Under the pieces are notes generated by a model. It ran no database searches, was not told the origin of the DNA, and was given only the letters and a program-made list of their open reading frames with translations. The position numbers were made by a program, and so were the translations under genes. Below, one piece after another: positions 1 through 11,544 of a stretch of 64,000 bases of DNA. The stretch is from Squalus acanthias (Eukaryota): the NCBI GenBank assembly GCA_030390025.1, contig CM059453.1, forward strand, positions 3,658,001 to 3,722,000, read 5' to 3'. Numbering within the stretch: the stretch's first letter is position 1; every line of letters starts with the position of its first letter.

Positions 1-1088
1 TTGTAAACCTCCTCAGCACTCCCTTCAAGGAATTGACATCCTTCCTAAATCAATGAACAATTCTAGATGCAAATGGAATAAGACAGCACAATCGATTTAC
101 AATGTAAGAATGTGCAACTTTCTTTAATATTCTCCTATTACTGTTCTTGCGTGGATTCTGTGCTTATCAAATTAAAAGCTGCCTTGATCATAAATTTTAT
201 TTTACGATAAAAGGGTGCAGTTGGAGTCCACCAAACATTGGGAGTAATTTTGAATGGGAGCGATGAAGTAAAATGAGTGAATGCCAGTCGGAAGCTCTTC
301 TTATATTTCTCCATATAAATCCAGATATCACCCCTTTTACGCTATGGCAGGAGGACAAACCTACCCCCAATACTTCATAATTTTAGGGTTAGTCGAGCTG
401 ATTGACATTAGAAATGGAGCACCCAATTTGTCAACAAAATAAATGTTTTAGCTTCACGAAAATTTTCATCTCCTTATCCATTGTGCCGCTCTGTAAAATT
501 ATATGAGCCCCTGAGCTGGTATAAGGAATATAAAAGTCTCTGCATGCTGAGACCGTGACATGGAAATGGAACCAGAAACAGAAATAGGATCTTAAATGAT
601 TTTCATTAAGATGAAATTGGCATATAGGTTTGTTTCCTGTCACCATTCGCATCGTAGTCGTGTGTTGAAAGAGTTATGTTAAACAGAACGTTGAGCTAAA
701 CACATGCTTATGTCATCTAAGGGGAAGTTAGATAAGCATATGAAGGAGAAGGACATACAGAGTTATGCTGTAATAGTTAGATGAGGAAGACTGGGAGGAA
801 GGTCGAGTGGAGCATAAACGCCAGCAAGGACTGGTTGGGCCGAATGGCCGTTTTCTGTTCTTGGATATTCTATGTAATCCTATGTCATTTTTTCCAAAGT
901 AGCATTAAGAATGCTATGCAATTACTTCATTTGCAAAGCACGCATCAGGGGTCGTTGCAGTAGCTTCTCTTCATTTAGGTTCAAACATAACGCTTCAAAA
1001 TCTTTATATGTGTTCAGTTAAATTACTTTGAAATTGAGAAGAACTGTTTGAACCAGCATTGGCATAGCAGGGTGGAAATTTCACTTAC

Positions 1089-1144
1089 CGTTTACCGTTG
1101 AATTAATGTTCGCATCATTTTGTCCCTGCATTCGATCATTCATC
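1089..1144 (-). CDS. Cytoplasmic exon 1, duplicate copy (MNDRMQGQNDANINSTVN)
   Basis: Acceptor catttatttag|G, donor AACG|gtaagt; 56 nt, phase 2 to 1; paralog of 4880-4935. Confidence 0.8.
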
Positions 1145-1810
1145 CTAAATAAATGTTGTGCAACAGATCAAAATGTGAACTTTCAGGAGGATATTTTATT
1201 TCAATGATTCATTCAATATGATCTGCAACAGAAATTCTAATTATTCAGGACCAATTATTAATGAAAACTGTTTTTCTGACCGGAAAACAGAAATGTTATG
1301 CTACAGGTCGATCTCCAAGTCAGGAGTCAAGACTTCAGGTGAAGCGGGGTAGAGCAAATAATTTGATCAGGACATGGAGATATTATTCAGGTTACCAGAA
1401 TAAAGTCTAACAGTGTGTCCTTATTTCTAACCTATCATGTATATTATTGTTTACAGTCAAATATTAAAACTTGGGGCTATATGGGAAGCCGATTGAAGTT
1501 GGTGGAAGCCCAGATGTTTCTCTGTACTGCAGCTTGAGGATTTGGGAGACGCAAAACTGAGGCACTGCAGCATCAACAGTGGAGGGAGGGTGTAATTACA
1601 GCATGAGGCGTTTGCAGAGGCAGATTCCAATCAATCCGAAAACAACATCAATTAATATTAAATGTGGAAACATGCCTTATCACTACATACATTTGAAGTG
1701 TGATATAGAAATATTTGGAAACAACTTTTTTCAAACCTAATTTAATTCAATCTACCGGGCTTTGGACAAAACTATTAAAGATGCAGTTAAAAGCTGAATA
1801 CTATATTTAC

Positions 1811-1934
1811 CCGGCTGCTTTCCTTTTGACCAACCATGCAGTGATCACGCTGATCAAACACACAATAAGAAGAGCAGAAATCACTATCCCTGCTATGGCG
1901 CCACTGCTTATGTTATTGTACTCACTTGTTCGAT
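1811..1934 (-). CDS. Transmembrane exon, duplicate copy (DRTSEYNNISSGAIAGIVISALLIVCLISVITAWLVKRKAA)
   Basis: Acceptor ttgcatttttcag|, donor GG|gtaaat; 124 nt; CEACAM1-like SxGAIAGIVI hydrophobic segment followed by a KRK stop-transfer. Confidence 0.88.
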
Positions 1935-2402
1935 CTGAAAAATGCAAACAGACAAAATAATGAACGCTATTATCACACGCCAAAGACAATTGCAATTCGG
2001 TAGCAATATATAAAAAAATGAAATCAGCATTCTCAGTTTTAATGGTATTTTGTTTGAAGTCTTTGGTGCCACGCAGCAACATTTATACAAATAAGCCAAA
2101 TATCGATATTCAGTGCACTCAAAATATACTCAATTATTATAGAATTTACTCTCAAATAGGGTACGTTATCCGAGAGGACTGGTTTCCCAGAAGATTAGAT
2201 TTCAAAGCTCACCATAGCTGTCCCTGGAATTGTACACAATATAACTGCTAATTTGTGAGCAAGCACCAGAAAAATGTTGTGTAATTGCATTTGTTGTTCA
2301 ACCCAACTGGTTGAGTAATGTTCTACCGGGAAAGAATCGTGTCACCCTATACAGTCTATATCTCTCAACAGTCCTGCACTACCTGGTGGACAGTTAATGC
2401 TG

Positions 2403-2457
2403 TTAGGGCACCTGGGGATCAGACATAAACATTGTCTTGACCCGTGAAACCCCTATC
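2403..2457 (-). CDS. Candidate terminal coding exon of the ITAM tail (R-IGVSRVKTMFMSDPQVP-stop)
   Basis: Acceptor cattttatttgttcccag| lies 79 nt after the phase-2 donor at 2537; in frame to TAA at 2405-2403. A second nearby AG (2412) is also possible. Confidence 0.3.
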
Positions 2458-2536
2458 CTGGGAACAAATAAAATGTCCATATTTCTTTATTTTCGCAACA
2501 TGGTGGAACAGTTGTAATTTTTTTCTACCCACTTAC

Positions 2537-2580
2537 CTCATCAGATCACTGTAAACTGCCTGATCTTGCAGCTGTAATCC
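2537..2580 (-). CDS. Cytoplasmic exon 4 (GLQLQDQAVYSDLMR), second half of the ITAM
   Basis: Acceptor ttcttcacttttcacag|, donor AG|gtaagt; 44 nt, phase 0 to 2. Confidence 0.85.
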
Positions 2581-2717
2581 CTGTGAAAAGTGAAGAAATC
2601 ATTCTGTTTAGCTGACAGATTGGCCGAGATATGGAGCGCAGCAAAAGAGAGCTGAAATTCCATTTTTAAAAACTGAAAATGAATAGTTTGAAGAAATAAA
2701 CAAAATAATGTCCTTAC

Positions 2718-2759
2718 CATGTAAGTGGAGTTTTCATCAAGTGGCTTCGGAGCTCCCTC
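2718..2759 (-). CDS. Cytoplasmic exon 3 (EGAPKPLDENSTYM), first ITAM tyrosine
   Basis: Acceptor ttgcttttgcacag|, donor ATG|gtaagg; 42 nt, phase 0 to 0. Confidence 0.85.
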
Positions 2760-2914
2760 CTGTGCAAAAGCAATTGGATGAACCAAATTGTAAACAGTTA
2801 TACAAAGAATCCCATCAAGTTGCTTCAGAATTAATGGTAAGCCCAACATCTTATATACTGACATAAAAGTTAGAAGAGTTTGCTTATATTATCCATCCCA
2901 CAAACGAAATTGCA

Positions 2915-3027
2915 GGATGTGAATTTTCACTTCTTCTGCCTGTTTGAACAAGGACAATAGTGCATCGAACGCACATTTTACGCTCCGCCCGATTTTCGTT
3001 CCGCATGTAAAAGTGAAAATTCATCCC
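2915..3027. mobile_element. Short MITE-like element with terminal inverted repeats
   Basis: ggatgtgaattttcactt ... aagtgaaaattcatcc inverted ends, non-coding. Confidence 0.55.
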
Positions 3028-3256
3028 AATATTCTATCCAACACCAGAAACATGTTTGGATTGTCGTAAAACCCCAACTGGTCCTCTAATGCACTGAGTC
3101 GAGATCGCCTGCCACTCCCTCCCTGGTCTGGTTATATGTGACACCAGTTTACTGCTAATACAGGAACCATGACTTCGATGGATATGAACAAGAATAGATT
3201 CCCTTTAGTTTACTGAGCTCACCAATATAGTAGAATATTAATAGAACTGTACCAAC

Positions 3257-3321
3257 CTTTTGCTTTCTCGGAATATTTTCATAGGTCCCTCCTGAGTTCC
3301 CACCGACTGTAGCGGAGATGT
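3257..3321 (-). CDS. Cytoplasmic exon 2 (DISATVGGNSGGTYENIPRKQK)
   Basis: Acceptor tgtttgatattcccccag|, donor AAG|gttggt; 65 nt, phase 1 to 0; contains TYENI. Confidence 0.85.
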
Positions 3322-3365
3322 CTGGGGGAATATCAAACATTTAATCAGCCTTGAAAATACATTAA

Positions 3366-3880
3366 TAGAATCATAGAATGAAACAGCACAGAAGGAAGCC
3401 AATCGGCCCATCCTGCATGTACCATTGGTTTGGACGTGTTATCTCATTATTCCCATTCCACCACCCTTTCCCTAGAGCCCTGTAATTTTTTCCCCGTCAA
3501 GTATTTATCCAATTCCCTTTCGAAAGTTACTGTTGAATCTGCTTCCACCGTCCTTTCAGGCAGTGCATTGCAGATCATAACTACTCACTGCATAAATAAA
3601 TCTCATCTGCCAGCTTTCTCATTCGACAATTTGCCTGAATCTGTGTCCTCTGGTTATTGACCCTTCTACCACTGGAACAGTTTCTCCATATTCACTCTAG
3701 CAAAATTCTTGATGATTTTGAACACCCATATTAAATCTCCCCTTAGCCTTCTCAGCTCTCAGAACAACAATCCCAGCTTCTCTAGCGTCTCCATGGAACC
3801 GAAGTCCCGAATCCTTGGTACCATTCTAGTAAACGTCATCAGCAACCTCTTCAAGGAATTGACATCCTTCCTAAAGCAAT
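3366..3880 (-). mobile_element. CR1 LINE 3' fragment
   Basis: (atagaatc)n tail and decayed similarity to the CR1 RT C-terminus seen elsewhere in the window. Confidence 0.75.
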
Positions 3881-4879
3881 GAACAATTCCAGATGCTAAT
3901 GGAATAAGACATTGTAAGAAATTGCATCGTTATCTAATATTATTCTATTATTGTTTATTGCGTGGATTCTGTGATAATCAAATTAAAGGCTGCTGGGACA
4001 TAAACTCTATTTTAGGATAAAAGGGTGCAGTTGGAGCCCACCAAACATTGGGAGTTATATTGACTTGGAGCGATGAAGTAAAATGAGTGAATGAAAGTCG
4101 GAAGCTCTTTTTACATTTCTCCATATAAATCCATATATCACCCCTTTTCCGCTAAGGCAGAAGGACAAACTTACCCCCAAAACTTCATAATTTTAGTGTT
4201 AGTCGAGCTGATTGACATTACAAATGGAGCACCCAATTTGTAAACAAAATAAATGTTTTAGCTTCACGAAAATTTTCATCTCTTTGTCCATTGTGTATCT
4301 CTGTAAAGTTATATCAGCTCCTGAGCTGGTATAAGGAACATACATGAAAATGGAGCCAGAAACAGTGATTGGATCTTAAAGGATTTTCATGAAGATGCAA
4401 TTTGCATATAGGTTTGTTTCCTTTCACCATTCGCATCCAAGTCTTGCGTTGAAAGACCAATGTAAACAGAACGTTGTGCGAACCACGTGCTTATGTCTTT
4501 AAGAGGATGCTGCAGAAGCATATGAGCGAGAAGGGAATAGAGAGTTATGCAGATAGAGTTAGATGAGGAAGGCTGGGAGGAAGCTCGAGAGGAACATAAA
4601 CGCTAGCACGGACTGGTTGGGCCGAATGGCCGGTTTCTGTCCTGTGTATTCTGTGTAATCCTATGTATTTATTTCCAAACTTGCATTGAGCATGCTATGC
4701 AATCATTTCATTTGCAAAGCACGTAACAGGGTTCGCTGCATCAGCTTCACTTCATTTGGGTTCAAGCATAACGCTTTAAAATCTTTATATGTGTTTAGTT
4801 AAATTACTTTGAAATCAAGAGGAACTGTTGAAACCTGCATTGGCACAGCAGCGTGAAAATGCTGAAATATTTCACTTAC

Positions 4880-4935
4880 CGTTTACCGTTGAATTAATGT
4901 TCGCAGTATTTTCCCCCTGCATTCGATCATTCGTC
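4880..4935 (-). CDS. Cytoplasmic exon 1 (R-TNDRMQGENTANINSTVN)
   Basis: Acceptor catttatttag|G, donor AACG|gtaagt; 56 nt, phase 2 to 1, compatible with the TM exon and exon 3257-3321. Confidence 0.85.
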
Positions 4936-5088
4936 CTAAATAAATGTTGTGCAACAGACCAAAATGTGAACTTTTATTGCAATGATTCATTAAATATGAT
5001 CTGCAATAGAAATTCTAATTATTCATGACCAATTATTAATGAAAACTGTTTCTCTGACGGGAAATAAGAAATTTTATACTACAAGTTA

Positions 5089-5380
5089 GAAACATAGAAA
5101 CTTAGAAACTAGGAGCAGGAGTAGGCCATTCGGCCCGTCGAGCCTGCTCCACCATTCAATACGATCATGGCTGATCATCCAAATCCAGTACCCTGTCCCT
5201 GCTTTCTCACACAGAATCCCCATCGAGCCTGCACCTATCCCACCCTATCCCCGTAACCCCACGTATTTAATTCCCCCTAACATATCCCATCCTATCCCCA
5301 TAACCCCACATATTTAATCCCCCCCTAACACTAAGGGTCAATTTATCATAGCCAAATCAACCTAACCCGCACATTTTTGG
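5089..5380 (-). mobile_element. SINE with CR1-type 3' tail, present in only one duplicate copy
   Basis: (agaaacat)n tail; flanked by acaagtta (5081-5088) and acaaatta (5381-5388); absent at the equivalent site (~1302) in the other copy. Confidence 0.8.
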
Positions 5381-5884
5381 ACAAATTAATCTCCATGTCA
5401 GGAGTCAAGACGTCAGGTGAAGCGGGGTAGAGCAAATAATTTGATCAGGACATGGAGATATTAGGTTACCAGTATAATGTCTAACAGTGTGACCTTATTT
5501 TTAACCTATCATGTATATTATTGTTTATAATCAAATATTAAAACTTGGGACTCTTTGGGAAGCAGATTTAAGTTTGTGGAAGCCGAGATGTTTCTCTGTC
5601 CTGCAGCTTGAGGATTTGGGAGACGCAAAACTGAGGCACTGCAGCATAAACAGTGGAGGGAGGGTGTAATTACAGCATGAGGCGTTTGCAGAGGCAGATG
5701 CCAATCAATCCGAAAACAACATCAATTAATATTAAATGTGGAAACATGCCTTATCACTACATACATTTGAAGTGTGATATAGAAATATTTGGAAAGAACT
5801 TTTTAGAAACCTACTTAAATTGAATCCACCAGGCTTTGGACAAAACTATTAAAGATGCAGGTAAAAGCTGTATACTATATTTAC

Positions 5885-6008
5885 CGGCCTCCTTTCCTTT
5901 TGACCAACCATGCAGTGATCCCGCTGATGAAACACACAATAAGAAGAGCAGCAATCACTATCCCTGCTATGGCGCCACTGCTTGTATTATTTTCACCATT
6001 GGTTTGAT
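5885..6008 (-). CDS. CEACAM-like transmembrane exon (DQTNGENNTSSGAIAGIVIAALLIVCFISGITAWLVKRKGG)
   Basis: Acceptor ttgcatttttcag|, donor CG|gtaaat; 124 nt, phase 1 to 2; GAIAGIVI motif as in the CEACAM1 TM; no charged TM residue. Confidence 0.9.
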
Positions 6009-7360
6009 CTGAAAAATGCAAACAGACAGAATAATGAACGCTTTTATCACACGCCAGAGACAATTGCAATTCGGCAGCAATGTGTATTTGGGAGAGAAAT
6101 ACAAATTTCAGATTTTAGTGGCATAGTGTTTGACTGGTTTCAAGTTTCAATTGCTGCAAAAAATAAAAGGGGCCAATGGTTGAAACCAACACAATTAATG
6201 TTCTCCCTTTCAAATACAACTCTGTGCAACTCCATGGTCGTCCAGCTGGTTCAGGTACTATGCCCTTGATCCCACCATACATTTCTAGTTACCCTGTACA
6301 GCTCTTGCTAATGCTAAAAACCGGCGATTGAGGAGCGACCGCCTGTTACACACCACTCCCGATTATTCGTTCCAATAATCGAATGGAAAATCGGAGATAA
6401 ATGGTAGATTCTTGATGGGATTCAGGAACTGAATGATTTGGGCTGCAGCTGCGCGATTCTTAAAAGCAGGATTACAACTGGAAACTCCGCAAAAAGAACA
6501 AATAGGATTCTGGCTTTTGTGTATACTAGTGTATTGAATACAAAAATCAAGGAGGTGGAGATGAGTCTGCACAATACATCCGTCAGGCTATATTTAGAGT
6601 ATTGTGTGTAGTTTTCGATTTCACTAGGATGCCAGCGATGAGAGGATATGAATGAGACGAGGGCTCAAAATCTAAATAGTTTTCACTGCAACAGCTAAGT
6701 TTTGGAGAAGGTACAATGGAAGTTCTCAAAATTGTGAAAGGAGTGTAACTAGGGAAAGACTGTTGTCACTGGTCTGTAAACCAGTTCAAGTTGCATAAAC
6801 CTTGGCTTCATGCTAGAAACACAAAAGGGGAGTTGATAACCTATTGTTCCTGCCAAGGATTGTTACAATATAGAAGATAAGTGGCTAACGGTTCCAATTC
6901 AATCATAACACCGAAGAGGGAGCTACATAAACAGTTCAAGAAACAGTTGAAAGGTATGGGGAAATAGCAAAGACATGAAGCACCAAAATGAGGCAGGTTG
7001 ATCATTTATGGTAATGATATACAAGCTATTTCCGGGGATAGAGTAGATAGCGCCATTGTGAAGTGAACAGTCATACAGGTCGAACAGCCATACTGAGCGT
7101 GCATGATTCTGATTACACGATCTAAGAATTATGCACATTACACGTCACGTTACATTATGTATGAGACCATTTGTTTATTCCGTCTGGGACAGTATGCATA
7201 CCCTTGGATCATACACCCAAATCAAAATTTTTATAAATAACATCCTTACCTCCAACACAGCTCGAACAGAACATAGGAATACTACTGATGAAGTAAATGC
7301 ATTCAGGGTTACAAGTCTGGCCAAAGTTCGTATTTAACGCACAGTGAAACATGTACTTAC

Positions 7361-8986
7361 CGTTTACAGTTACCTGTATGGAAGCCTTACTGCCCTTTTT
7401 AAGAACATAAGAAATAGGAGCAGGAGTAGGCCATTTGGCCCTTCGAGCCTGCTCCACCATTGAATAAGATCATGGCTGATCTGATCTTCGCCTCAACTCC
7501 ACTTTCCCGCCTGCTCCCCATAACCCTTTACTCCCCTGTAGCTCAAATATCTGTCTATCTCTGCCTTGAATATATTCAATTACTCAGTCTCCACAGCTGT
7601 CTGGGGCAGAGAATTCCAAAGTTTCACGAATCTTTGAGAGAAGAAATTACTCATCTCCGCTTTAAATGGACGACCCCCCACTCTGAAACTATGCCCCCTA
7701 GTTCTAGATTCCCCCACGAGGGGAAACATCATTCCTGCATCTACCCTCTCAAGCCCACTCAGAATATTACATGTTTCAATAAGATTGTTTTTTTAATTCA
7801 TTTATTGTACGTGGGCGTCGCTGGCAAAGCCACCATTTATTGTCCATCCCTAATTGCCCTTGAGAAGGTGGTGGTGAGCTGCCTTCTTGAACCGCTGCAC
7901 TCCGTCCGGTGAAGGTACTCCCACAGTGCTGTTAGGTAGGGAGTCCCAGGATTTTGACCCAGCGACGATGAAGGATCAGCGATATAATTCTAAGTCAGGA
8001 TGGTGTATGACTTAGAGGGGAACTTGGAGGTGGTGGTGTTCCCATACACCTGATGCCCTTGTCCTTCTAGGTGGAAGAGGTCGCGGGTTTGGGAGTTACT
8101 ACCGAAGAAGGCTTGGCGAGTTGCTGCAGGGCATGTTGTAGGTGGTAGACACTGCAGCAATGGTGTGCCGGTGTTGGAGTGATGAATGCATAAGTTGTTT
8201 GATGGGGTGCCAATCAAGCGGGCTGCTTAAAGATCCCCTCTCATTCCTCTAAACTCCAATGAGTATAGGCCCAAGCTGCTCAAACTTTCCTCATATGACT
8301 ACCCCTTCATCTCAGGAATCAACCTAGTGAACCTTCTCTGGACTGCCTCAAATGCAAGTATATCCTTCCTTAAATAAGGAGTCCAAAACTCTACGCAGTA
8401 CTCCAGGTGTGGTCTCACCAACGCCCTGTACATTTGTAGGAAGACTTCCCCACTTTTATACTCCACCCCCCTCGCAATAAGGGCCAAAATACCATGTTCC
8501 TTCCTAATTAATTGCTGTTCCTGCATGGTAACTTTTTGTGTTTCATGTACGAGGATCCCCAGATCCCTCTGTACCGCAGTATTTTGTAGTCACCCTCCAT
8601 TTAAATAATAATTTGCTTTTTAATATTTCCTACCAAAGTGGATAACCTCACAATTTCCCACATTATATTGCAGCTGCCAAATTTTTGCCCACTCACTTAA
8701 CCGATCTTTATCTCTTTGCAGACTCTTTATGTTCTCCTCACAACTTGCTTTGTATCGTCAGCAAATTTGCCTACAATTTGTTGAAGATGTTATTAACCTG
8801 ACAATATATTTCTCACCATGATTCGATCTTATTCAGTCAATGTTGTAAATTGGTCCTTTCTTTAAGAGACTGGTCCCATTCTCTCCTTCATATAGACCAG
8901 CTGGGACTGATAGGGCAGAAAAATAAAATGTAAGAGCTTTCCCTATTTCTACCCAAACTGGGTAATAATGACCTTTTCTGGTCCAC
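7361..8986 (-). pseudogene. Decayed CEACAM B-type IgC exon split by a CR1 insertion
   Basis: Acceptor tgcatttcttgcag| then GPEKVIIT / frameshift / PVWVEIGKALTFYFSALSVPAGLYEGENGTSLL...NID-stop...CQVNNIFNK. After the CR1 (7400-8774) the exon resumes as KGSKASIQVTVN, donor G|gtaagt at 7360. Confidence 0.85.
7400..8774 (-). mobile_element. CR1 LINE 3' fragment with a nested LINE-tail insertion (~7785-8228)
   Basis: RT peptides KFADDT and RPHLEYCVEFW plus (aagaacat) tail; the nested element resembles the 3' end of the LINE at 14295-15752. Confidence 0.88.
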
Positions 8987-9080
8987 CTGCAAGAAATGCA
9001 AGAGCATGTGGCTTTTGGACAACTAAAATAATTACTAATATGCAATACTAACTAATCTTTTTGGCACCCAGCAAACTTGC

Positions 9081-9356
9081 AATTAATTTGCAGGATGGTA
9101 TATCCAGAATCGCTGCTGTAATTATTACTTGCATTGCATTTATATGTTCCTGAATCGCTTCTGTTAACTCTGATTATAGTCAGAGTAAAATTGTCCGGAG
9201 ACATTATTATTCTTCCATTATCCTGGACAGCTTGATTAGTCTTAAACCAAATCCGTGACTGTACAAAGACCGAAGCGTGAAAAGTCAGTAAAATGGTATC
9301 GATGTTTTCTACTGGGTTTGAGTTGTTGACCGATACAGTGACTTTAGAAATTGGTT
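9081..9356 (-). pseudogene. CEACAM A-type IgC exon, open but damaged (EPISKVTVSVNNSNPVENIDTILLTFHASVFVQSRIWFK...DSGTYKCNASNNYSSDSGYTILQIN)
   Basis: Acceptor ttttaattgtatttacag|; 276 nt, open phase 1 to 1. The B-strand Cys position is Phe (TTT at 9282-9280) and the donor is T|gcaagt (GC). Not in the ORF track. Confidence 0.85.
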
Positions 9357-9875
9357 CTGTAAATACAATTAAAAGGGAAATGCGGTTACATCATTTTCTA
9401 CAAAAGCTGTTAAAAGCGCTAATTAAGTAATTTCACATGAAAACATCAAGAGGGTGAAATTCAAATTGGGTGGGGATGCCCAACGGGCGGTGTCACATCT
9501 GTCGCCAGCTCCCCGTCCGACATTGAAGCCAATAGAACTGATTATTGGAAGGGACAGAGAACAGACGCTAGGTGCAATACCGCCTATTTTGCTTCCCCGT
9601 CCAATTACTTTTGAAAATTCCTACTGAACCTGCTTTCACCAATCTTTAAGGCAGTGCATTCCAAATCATATAAACTCTCTGTTTAAAAATAATTTTCATC
9701 TCCGTCGGTTCATTCGCCAATTATCTTAATCTGTGCCCTTTGGTTACCGACTCACCTGCCATTTGAAGCAGTTTCTCCCCATCTACAGTATCAAAGCCCC
9801 TCATAATTTTGAAACCTCTGTTAAACTTCCCCTTAACCTGCTGTGCCCTAAGGAGAACAATCCCAACTTCTCTAG

Positions 9876-10716
9876 TGTAGAATAGAGCTTATCTGTATGA
9901 TTTGATAATGTTTCAAATGTAATGCTTTTCCTAAAATTACTATGATATATAATAATGTATTTGAGAAGCAGAAAACCTCTGTTACAATATGTATAACCTT
10001 AGTTAAAAAGAGAAAAGGCTGAGAAGAAAAGCATGATGGTAAAATTAAGCCAACATTATGTTAACAGAGCGAAGAATGTTAAAGCAGATAGATTTCTGTT
10101 AAGTTAAAAGCAAGAAGCCAGTGAAGGTCAAACATTAATTAAGTTTCAAAGAAAGATAGTGGGTTTTCAACACCTAACATCCCTTATCTCTGAAGATACA
10201 GACCAGGCTAGATAATGGGGTATGAGAAAGGCAAAAGACATCTGTCGTAATTCGTGGGAAGTTTGTTTGTGTAAAATTTCTCAGAGAAAAGCTCATTCAG
10301 AAAAAGGAAGGGAATCAGAGACCGTACAAGTGAGGGTCAGGTATTAGCAACAAGAATGGTGAGATAACCAAAGCAGCAGCAGGTTGCTAAGTATTTTGAG
10401 GGGAGAAAAAGGTATAAAGGAACAGTTATTAATCTTTGGAGGCCGCGCGAAATCAGAGGAAGAGAAACTTCAGTCAACAGAACACAGCAAGCCTGAGAAA
10501 AGAGAGCGTGCCGCAGTCACCCAGTGGGCTATCTACTGGGGTTCCAAGGAACGGATTACGACTATCATCTTGTTAAGTATTACTTCTTTGTACTGGATGT
10601 AAAGTGCTTAATGCATCTGTTATATTTAACACAATATACCTGTACCAGGAGTGGTCTGTTATAACAGGGACAAGTTAAATATAAATTACGGATCTTACAG
10701 ACCTCACGATCTTACA
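9876..10716 (+). mobile_element. Solo LTR with 4-bp TSD, inserted into a CR1 fragment
   Basis: Starts TGTAGAAT, ends GATCTTACA; CTAG on both sides (9872-9875, 10717-10720); CR1 sequence reads through across the site; TATA-like ggtataaag near 10411. Orientation tentative. Confidence 0.85.
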
Positions 10717-11544
10717 CTAGTTTCTCCCCATAAGTGAAGTCTCTGATCACTGGTATAAATCTGGTTAATCTCCTCTGCAACTTCTGCAAGGCCTTGACAT
10801 CCTTCTCAAAGTGGGGTGCATTTAATAGCGATATAAATGCTAGTTTAAAGTACTGAACGTAGGTAGGCATCGAATGGTTCATATATGTACTGCATGAATG
10901 CTGATGGAAATGGATAAGGATGTATTTAAAACAGATCTAGGGATCCTAGTAGACTTGAAGCTCTAATCATTGAAGATCACCAAACACAATGCGAAGGGAA
11001 TGCTGACTCTTAGTCAAAACAATGCAGTACAATCAGAAAAAGATATGCCCACATGGTACATTGCTCTGGTAAGAGCACACCTAGATTACTGTGTGCAGTT
11101 CCGGAAACTTGAGACAAGGGACGCATTCAACTATGAGAGGCAGGGCAGAGATAAGCAATGAGTGTTATGTGGCTGAGTCATGGCAGAAACAATGAAGAAA
11201 CTTAAACTTTCCGCCTTAAAAGAATGAATCTAAAAGGTGATCTTATTGGGTATAGAAAATAATAAATTGTATGGAAAAGATAAATCTAGAAAGTACTTGA
11301 AAGTAAATTGAGAGTAGGACAACAGGTCACAGGTTCGAAGGGTTACAGGCAAATTAAGAACCAAATTCAGGAATTTCTTCATTCCATGAACTGTGAAGGA
11401 GTCCCGCATAAAGTAGTAGGGGACCAAACCTGGATCAGTCAATGAATTCTGATATTCTGAAATAATATCTCTCACACAACTGTTTATTAGTTGTCAGATC
11501 ATGTTCGTGATGGATAAGGAGAGAGAGAAAGAGAGCAAGAGAAA

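Larger units (their letters stand above)
1..2055. repeat. Tandem segmental duplication, copy 2 (matches ~3828-6140); continues beyond the left window edge
   Basis: Colinear similarity over ~2 kb by eye, e.g. cttcaaggaattgacatccttcctaaa near 23 and 3850, and cagcttgaggatttgggagacgcaaaactgaggcactgcagca near 1530 and 5604. It includes the TM and first cytoplasmic exons. Confidence 0.95.
3828..6140. repeat. Tandem segmental duplication, copy 1
   Basis: Colinear with 1-2055 apart from a ~290-bp retroposon insertion at 5089-5380. Confidence 0.95.
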
